DNA of 64,000 nucleotides from Eledone cirrhosa (Eukaryota): NCBI GenBank assembly GCA_964016885.1, contig OZ024741.1, positions 71,300,001 to 71,364,000 of the forward strand, read 5' to 3'. Shown piece by piece: positions 56,910 to 64,000 of this stretch (position 1 is its first letter; each line of letters starts with the position of its first letter). The notes under the pieces were generated by a model. It saw only the letters and a program-made list of their open reading frames with translations, ran no database searches and was not told where the DNA came from. The position numbers and the translations under genes were made by a program.

Positions 56910-58180
56910 TGGTCTTGTAGGTGTCACAACAAAAAGCACCCAGTATACAGTGTAGATGTGGTTGGCATTAGAAAGGGCATCCAGCCTAGGAACCAAGCCA
57001 GAACCAGTTCTGTACAAGTCAGTAGCAGAGTAGTAAGTAAGGCAATTAAAGATGAAAAGACAGGCAAAGCAGCTGGTTCATCAGGGATAGTTGCTGAGAT
57101 GCTGAAAGCATCTGTGGTGGAGGGTCACACCTTAACCACTCATATTGTAAACCATGTAATACAGAATGGTGTCAGAAACAATGACTGGTATCATCATCAA
57201 CTGCTATAAGGGCAAAGCAGATGCACTAGATAGAGGAAACTATTGAGGCATGAAAGACCAGATCATGAAGGTCACAGAAAGAGTTATAGCACAGTTGATT
57301 AGGGACTGAATTAAACTAAATGAGATGTAGTTTGGATTTGTGCCAGGTAAAAGTACCACTAATGCCCTCTTCCTTGTGAGGCAACTGCAAGAGAAGTACC
57401 TAGCTAAAAGTAAGCCCCTCTATTTGGAATAGATGAGTGGCTAGTGAGAGTGGTACAAGTCATGTACAGAGGAGCAGTCAGCAAGGTTAGAATTAATAAT
57501 GATTATAGTGAGGAATGTACGTAGGAGTCCATCAGGGCTCTATTGTTAGCCCTCTCCTGTTTATTTTCGTCCTGCAGGCTATAAGGGAAGAGTTTAAGAC
57601 TGACTGCCCATGGGAATTCCTATATGCCGATGACCTAACCTTCATAGTGAATCTATGGCAAAATTAGAGAAAAAATTCCAAACTTGGAAGCATAGCTTAG
57701 AAGTAAAAGGTCTTTAAAATAAGTAGAAAGGAAATGGCCTTGTTCAGTATGCAGGAAAGGAGTGAGCATTAACTCCATCTTATGTGCCAAATGCAAACTA
57801 TGGGTTAGAGCTAGTAAAAAATGTAGGGCTCTTTTATGTGGTCGATGCATAAGAACAGTAAGCAGTAAGAGCTCATGGTAAACAAGCCTTTTAAATATTC
57901 AGAGGTGGGTGTTCTGAAAGTATAGTAGCCAGAGTGAGAATGTGATGGAGAAATTTCAGTGAGCTACTAACTCTGCTTGCTACAAAAAGGTTTTCCCTCA
58001 AAATGAAAGGCAGATTGTATGATGCTTGTGTATGAACAGCAATGTTGCATGGAAGTGAGACCTGGGCAGTGTGTGCACAGGACCTACAAAGATTGGAAGG
58101 AAATGAAGCTAGCATGCTCCAATGGATGTGTAATAGTAGTGCACATGAACAGCGAAGTGTCAATAATCTGAGAAAGAAAC
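56910..58180 (+). mobile_element. Old RTE RT fragment preceded by an RTE 3'UTR-like piece
   Basis: [32 protein letters not shown]; many stops. Confidence 0.85.
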
Positions 58181-58494
58181 TAAATATATATATTTATCTA
58201 AAAGCCGTTCCCTCATAATTTTATATAAGAATCTTTATTAAGTTATGTTCCAAGTACCAACTTGATATTGAAAAGGTTACATATTTTATTAAATCCCTCC
58301 AAATTCTTGATTATTTTCAAAAGGATTTGAAAATCATAGGCACCATTTTTCATTAGAAATACAGTAACAAAAGAGTTAAATAAGATGATACAGAAGTTCT
58401 TAGCTAAGTGTAATCCTCTATAGTTTGTTGGTTACAAAGAAACTTGTATGGAGATGAATAGTTTGTGAGAGCCATGCAAGTCATGTAGAGTAAT

Positions 58495-58700
58495 GATTTT
58501 TAATTTTGGCACAAATCCAGCAATTTTGATGGGAAGAGAAAGTCAATAATATTGACTCCAGTACTAAACTGGTTCTTTATTTTATTGACCTCAGACGGAT
58601 GAAAAGCAAAGTTAACCTTGAAGGGATTTAAACTCAGAATGTAAAGAGCTGGAACAAATGCTGCTAAGCATTTGTTCAACCATCTAATGACAATCCTCTG
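58495..58700 (-). mobile_element. Octopod-type SINE (old)
   Basis: Decayed SINE core. Confidence 0.7.
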
Positions 58701-59107
58701 CTTAGCTATGTATAATAATGCTGTCAGCAAAGTAAGAGTTAGCAACAAGTTCAGTGTCAAGAGGTGAATTTAGTGAACAGGCATGTGTAAACCAGGGCTC
58801 AATTCTTAGCTGCTTACTGTTTATTATATTTCTCAAATTATTCTAGATATGAATATCGGAAAGAAAGTGCGTTATGTAACTGTGTGTGAATGAATTTCTC
58901 ACATATGTGGTTAATATTTGAATAGATTTTATACTACTAACTACTATAACCACTACTAACAGAAATGTTGTTATTATGTACCTATGTGTGTGAATGTATC
59001 TCTCTACATATGTGGTCAGTAATTGATTTAATAATGTATTTATAATTATAATATAATGGATTTATAATTATTATTTATGTATATACATGTGTGTTTGATC
59101 TTCATCA

Positions 59108-59362
59108 GTTACGATGACAAGTGTTCCAGTTGTTTGATCAACAGAACAGCCTACTCATGAAGTTAAAAATCAAATGGCTGAGCATTCTACAGATACGTAC
59201 CCATAACATAATTCTCAGGGGGATTCAGTATGACAGTGTGTGAGAAGGCTGGACCTTTGAATTACAGATACAACTCATTTTTTTCTAGTAGACTGGTGTA
59301 ACATGAAATATAGTATCTTGCACAAAGACATAATGCTCAACCACCTGCCTAACCACTAAGAC
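59108..59362 (-). mobile_element. tRNA-derived SINE related to the 26125 head, with a third tail type
   Basis: Minus strand TTAGTGGTTAG..TGTGCAAGATACTATATTTCATGTT. Confidence 0.6.
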
Positions 59363-59529
59363 ACTCCTGATGCAGATGTATGACATGCTGGTGTGTCTTG
59401 GGCACTTTTTAAACCTGGTGGAGCCCATCCCCTCTCCAGATCAGAACATAACTGATGTCTTCCAGAGAAGAAGAAAGAGTGAGAGAGAGGAAATGAGAAG
59501 CAGATATAAAAGAAGAATCAACAGCAATA

Positions 59530-59675
59530 CTGGACTGGTACTTTTTAAAATTAACCTGAAAAGGATGAAAGGCAAAATTGAGCTTGGCAGGATTAGAACT
59601 CAGAGAGCAAAGAGCGCCGGAATAAATAGCCCAAAGCATTCTATCCAACATTTTAACAACTGCCAGTTCACTACC
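59530..59675 (-). mobile_element. Octopod-type SINE (old)
   Basis: GGATGAAAGGCAAAA..GAACTCAG. Confidence 0.65.
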
Positions 59676-59845
59676 CTATACAGTATATGGGAATAGTATA
59701 ATCTTTTCTGTGCATAGGGCCTTTAAAGGCTTTAATCTAGCCCTGGACTATGGAGTATAAGATTTAAAGTATAGGTTGAGAGAAACGGTGGAGGGAAGAA
59801 TAAGTGAGTAGTAGTAGTAGAAGATCAGTAGTAGACAGATAAATT

Positions 59846-61129
59846 TGAAGCTGGGCTGAAAAGTTCATAGGCTGACAATGAAGGAGTGATGCTAGAGCTG
59901 TGAAATATTGCATGGGTTAATTTCAAATCTTCTTATTTTAATAACTACATTGTTTCTTTCCATGAAAACTGACATCTGACTGTTCAAAGACTTCAAAAGT
60001 CTACTTGTAGCGACCTCTCTTGAAAATAGACAAAATTTGACATCTTGGTGTTATCAAGTACCTGTAGCAAAAGGGTTTAGCCCCCAAGGACATTCATGCT
60101 GACATCGTTGCTACATTAAGGGATGATACTCCAATTTTATCAACAGTGGAAAAGTGGGCAGATGAATTTAGAAGGGGAAGGGAGAGTCTTGAAGATGACC
60201 CAAGGTCTTGACGTCCTGCAACTGCCACCACCGGGGAAAACATTAACCGTGTTCACCACATGGTGATGGATGACAGGCGATTGACTATAAATCAAATAGC
60301 CAATGTTATTAGCATATCCCGTGAGAATGTTGAGAATATTCTGCACAATCTACTTGGCATGATGAAGGTTTCTGCTCAGTGAGTGCCACATCTGACATCT
60401 GATCAAAAGCATACCAGGCTGATCACATCACGGGAAAATCTTACATTGTTTTAGAGAGATCCAGCTGGTATCCTTGAATGTTTCCTAACCCAAGATGAGT
60501 GTTGGGTTCTTCATTTTGAGCCAGAAACAAAGAGACAATCCATATAGTGGAAACACCCCTTCTTCCTGCTCCAAAGAAGGCCAAAGTTGTTTCATCTGCA
60601 GGGAAGATGATGGCCTCGGTTTTTTGGGACGCAAAAGACATTGTATTATTGACTATCTTCAAAAGATCCACACCATCAATGGAGTGTACCTTGCCAACTT
60701 GCTGTGGCAGTTACGAAAGGCTATCAAGGCCACATGCCCAGGAAAACTGATGAAAGGGGTTTGTTTCATCAGGACAATACTCCAACACACAAGTTCTAGG
60801 TTTCAATGGCTGCTGTACATGACTGTGGCTTTTAACTGGTGAATCACTCTCCCTATTCTCCTGATTTGGCCCTATCTGACTATCATCTGTTCCCCAACAT
60901 GAAAACACTCTTGGCTGGGAACCAGTATTGCAGTGATGATGACATCATATCTGCTGTTGATGACTTTTGACCAACAGGATGAAAGCTTCTTCACGAATGG
61001 TATCCAAACACTGCAACACTGGAAGAAGTGTGTCGACCACAAAGGGGATTATGTTGAAAAATAAACTTCATTTGGGCACATTCCATGAAAGTAACTTGGT
61101 CAGTCTATAAACTTATTAGCCGACCCTCA
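59846..61129 (+). mobile_element. Full-length decayed mariner (DD34D)
   Basis: TIRs GGCTGAAAAGTTCATAGGCTGAC / GTCAGTCTATAAACTTATTAGCC; LEDDPRS, TQDECWV, SAGKMMASVFWD, PYSPDLALSDYHLF, KGDYVEK. Confidence 0.92.
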
Positions 61130-61166
61130 TACATCAAAGAGAAAGGTGTAAAAGACTTTTACTTAC

Positions 61167-61290
61167 CGACAGATAGCATCTGGATTTAATGGACAATAAC
61201 TATAAGATGTCGTTTTACATGGGTTAACAAAACATTTAAATGCAGTTCGAGAGGGAGGACAATGTGCTCCAGGATCACGAATTCCATGAA
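61167..61290 (-). CDS. Internal coding exon of the small 8-Cys protein
   Basis: Acceptor tttattctgccag, donor CG|gtaagt, 124 bp, phase 1 to 2. Reads xHGIRDPGAHCPPSRTAFKCFVNPCKTTSYSYCPLNPDAICR. Confidence 0.82.
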
Positions 61291-61919
61291 CTGGCAGAAT
61301 AAAGTTCAGAAGATTTAATATCAGGTGGATGATATTAGCAATGTGGGGAGGGAAGAGAAAGAATATTAGTAAAGGGAAAGGAATGAGAATATAAGTGAGA
61401 GAGAGGAAAGAAGAATAAAAGTAGAGGGGAGAGAGAGAAAATTAGTAGGGGTAGGAAGAATATTGGAGGGGGAAAATATTAGTAAGGGAGGTGATCATAG
61501 TAAGGAGATGGAGAGTAGAAGTGAAATGGGCAGAATAGTTGTAAAGTGGGAGGTAGAAGTGAGATTGAAGGAACAGTTCAGAAGTTGTAGGTGAGGTGGG
61601 GACAGTATAAATAAAGTGAGTTAGTTTGGGGAATGAAGGTAGAAATGAAGTGGGAGATTGTATTGGGGGGGTTAGTTGGGAGTAGCCATGAATTAGTAAT
61701 AGTTTTGAAGTTGGGGCTAGGAGTAGAATAATTATTATGTTCAATTTTAATACAGAATAAAAAACCAAACTCCATCGCCCTAGTTGTGATGAATTCACTC
61801 TCATTTCCAATGTTCTTTCTTGATATGGTAACCAAGTTTATCCTTCTCTTTTCCAGCCAATTTTGTGATCATTTTGTAGCTGTAGCTTTGATTTACCAAA
61901 GTGTGTGTACATGTATATG

Positions 61920-61970
<51 letters not shown>

Positions 61971-61984
61971 ACAGTCAATATAAC

Positions 61985-62251
61985 GATGTGCCCTGTAAGG
62001 TGGTCATTTGGTGGCACGACAAAAGTGCCCAGTCCACATTGTAAAGTGGTCGTTTTGGTGCCATGATAAAAAGCATGCAATATACACTGTAAATGTGGTT
62101 GATGTTAGGAAGGGTATCCAGCCATAGAAACCAAGCCAGGAACAGTTCTGCATGAGCAAAACCAAGTGATCTGATCTGACATGTCTCACAAGAGATCAAC
62201 TCATCTAACCCATGCTAGCATGGAAAAAGAATGTTAAACAGTGATGATGAT
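61985..62251 (+). mobile_element. RTE 3'UTR fragment
   Basis: Pseudoknot-repeat region plus AACCCATGCTAG and GAT tail. Confidence 0.8.
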
Positions 62252-62378
62252 CTTAGTTTATTTTGCGCTTTAAATAACAGTAAAACAACAGATTAATTAA
62301 GTACCAATTTAATGTTATTTGTTTCAATGTTCAACCATATATATATATATATAGTGAGAGAGAGAGAGAGTGAGATCT

Positions 62379-62414
62379 GTCCACATAGTTCAGTTGGTAG
62401 AGCATCAAACTTTT
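62379..62414 (+). pseudogene. 5' half of a tRNA-Lys(TTT)-like sequence
   Basis: TAGTTCAGTTGGTAGAGCATCAAACTTTT resembles the tRNA-Lys-TTT D arm and anticodon; no T arm. Confidence 0.5.
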
Positions 62415-62420
62415 GCAGTA

Positions 62421-62708
62421 TATCATCATCATCATCATCATTTTACGTCCACTTTTCCCTGATTGCAAAGGTGGGACGGGTCCTATTCAGAACAGCATCT
62501 CTCCACTTGTCACGGTCCTTCGTCATCTCCTCCGTGAGTTTCAGCGATCTGAGGTCTGCTCTCACCACCTCTGCCCATGTTTTTCGTGGTCTTCCTCTAC
62601 TGCGTCTTCCTTCTACTGGGATTTCTTGGCACTTCTTTACCCAGCGGTCATCCTCCATGCGCATCACATGTCCATACCATCTCAGTCTTCTCTCTTGCAC
62701 ACCACAAC
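62421..62708 (-). mobile_element. RTE 3' fragment (third subfamily, short 3'UTR)
   Basis: [18 protein letters not shown]; (GAT)n. Confidence 0.9.
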
Positions 62709-63057
62709 TTATATATATGTGAATTTTTTTAAATTACAGATATATATAGATATACAAATACATGTGGCATATTATTAGGGTTAATCCATATGTTGGATCA
62801 CACAATTGTTGAAGTATTATCATTGGTTTCATTTGAAGTTTAAAGACACACGTTTCTGTATTGTATAATTTTATTCTTTTCAGTTAATGACGATCGCCAT
62901 AAAAGTTTTCATTTCAATGACAATATTTTCTATCAAGCTCTAACAGGTTTAATATCTATAACAATTTTCCTGGGAAATTAAGCTCAGTAAAAATACAATT
63001 TTACATCATCTTATGTGACAGCCTTTAGTCAGCACTAAATCAGTTTGTCAAAAGACG

Positions 63058-63205
63058 GAAAATTAGCAGAGTCGTTAAAATGGTGGATAGAAAACCTTGA
63101 AGTAATTGTTCCTGCTCTCTTGGATCTGAGTTGAAATTCCATTAAGATTAACTTTGCTTTCCATCTTTTCAAGGTTGATAAATAAAGTACCTATCCAGTG
63201 CTGGT
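63058..63205 (+). mobile_element. Octopod-type SINE (old)
   Basis: TTAACTTTGCTTTCCATC..GATAAATAAAGTAC. Confidence 0.6.
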
Positions 63206-63324
63206 GACGATTCTTGTCCTCTCTGAATATAATCGGCTGTGTCCAGGTCTAGTGAGGGATTAGTTCCACTAGGATAAAATGCCCAAAGTAAGGGCCCATG
63301 ATTTGCCATACGAATACAGTTTGG

Positions 63325-63544
63325 GGTAATTTAATATTTTACGTTCATAAACTAAACGATTCCCGAATGTCAATAAAAAATAAAAAAAACTTTATTAAAA
63401 TTAATACAAATTACCGCATTTTCAATTGTTATCAGTAATTTGTATTCATTTTAATAAAGTTTATTGTATTAATTTTAATAAAGTTTTTTTTTTTATTGAC
63501 ATTCGGGAATTGTTTAGTTTACGAACGTAAAATAGTAAATTACC
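63325..63544. mobile_element. MITE with ~85-bp TIRs and 8-bp TSD (Merlin-like GGTAA termini)
   Basis: CAGTTTGG|GGTAATTT...AAATTACC|CAGTTTGG. Confidence 0.8.
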
Positions 63545-63632
63545 CAGTTTGGCACTTCATCAAAGTTTTGGAACATTTAGTTTTTCACAAAAGGAATTCT
63601 ACTTTTTAGTTTTGATAGGGCTTGACACCCAC

Positions 63633-63709
63633 CTACACAATCACACAATAAAATACACTCAGAATAAAATACAATTTTTGAGTGCCAAATGTTTAAAATG
63701 AAGAAGGCT
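63633..63709 (-). CDS. Candidate upstream (signal-peptide-like) exon of the 8-Cys gene
   Basis: Acceptor ttctctgttttag, donor TAG|gtgggt, phase 1 end. Open hydrophobic frame ..IWHSKIVFYSECILLCDCV. No ATG present. Confidence 0.35.
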
Positions 63710-63796
63710 CTAAAACAGAGAACAATTCAACCAAACATCATTGTTCAGATTGGTGTACGATTTAGGATTCAATGGCCGAGAATTCGTCATTATTAC

Positions 63797-64000
63797 TACG
63801 GTGGATTTGCAGTATCGGTAGAGGGTCGAACGTCATGCTTTGCAGCATAGAGTTACGGCCCTTTATGATCTGAGTTCAGATCCCGCCGAGGTTAACTTTG
63901 CCTTTCATCCTTACGGGGTCGATAAAATAAAGTACGTCACGCACTGGGGTCGATTTAATCGACTTTCCCTTCCCCCAAAATTGATGGCCTTGTGCCTATA
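63797..64000 (+). mobile_element. Octopod-type SINE
   Basis: Same family as 50911. Confidence 0.88.

Noticed and set aside
61310-61790. Purine-rich strand-skewed tract
   Set aside because: Low-complexity intronic sequence with no clear element boundaries.

Overview
Repeat-dominated animal genomic DNA, most likely an octopod cephalopod. This is inferred from the SINE family with a TTTGCCTTTCATCCTT..GGGGTCGATAAAATAAAGTAC core, the abundant RTE LINEs and the huge (TA)n arrays. Nearly all long ORFs in the track are YIYI artefacts of (TA)n. Real content: (i) a ~9.3 kb interrupted (TA)n array, plus many smaller TA arrays into which retroelements are nested; (ii) many 5'-truncated RTE LINEs with (GAT)n tails, a near-full-length BovB-type RTE, and CR1, Tx1/L1-like, HERO-like and two Penelope-like (GIY-YIG) fragments; (iii) a Helitron, three Tc1/mariner-superfamily elements and several MITEs; (iv) tRNA-derived SINEs; (v) at least five unrelated non-coding modules with type I hammerhead ribozyme motifs, including 535-bp and 420-bp partial-tandem retrozyme-like units and a U3:A8 variant ending a ~2.8 kb structured Penelope 3' region; (vi) a tandem H-type pseudoknot array with compensatory changes in the RTE 3'UTR; (vii) a spliced minus-strand host gene missed by the ORF track (exons 61290-61167 and 53254-53179, possible upstream exon 63709-63633) encoding a small 8-Cys module with an in-frame TAA. 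All family assignments come from motif recognition by eye; no database search was run.
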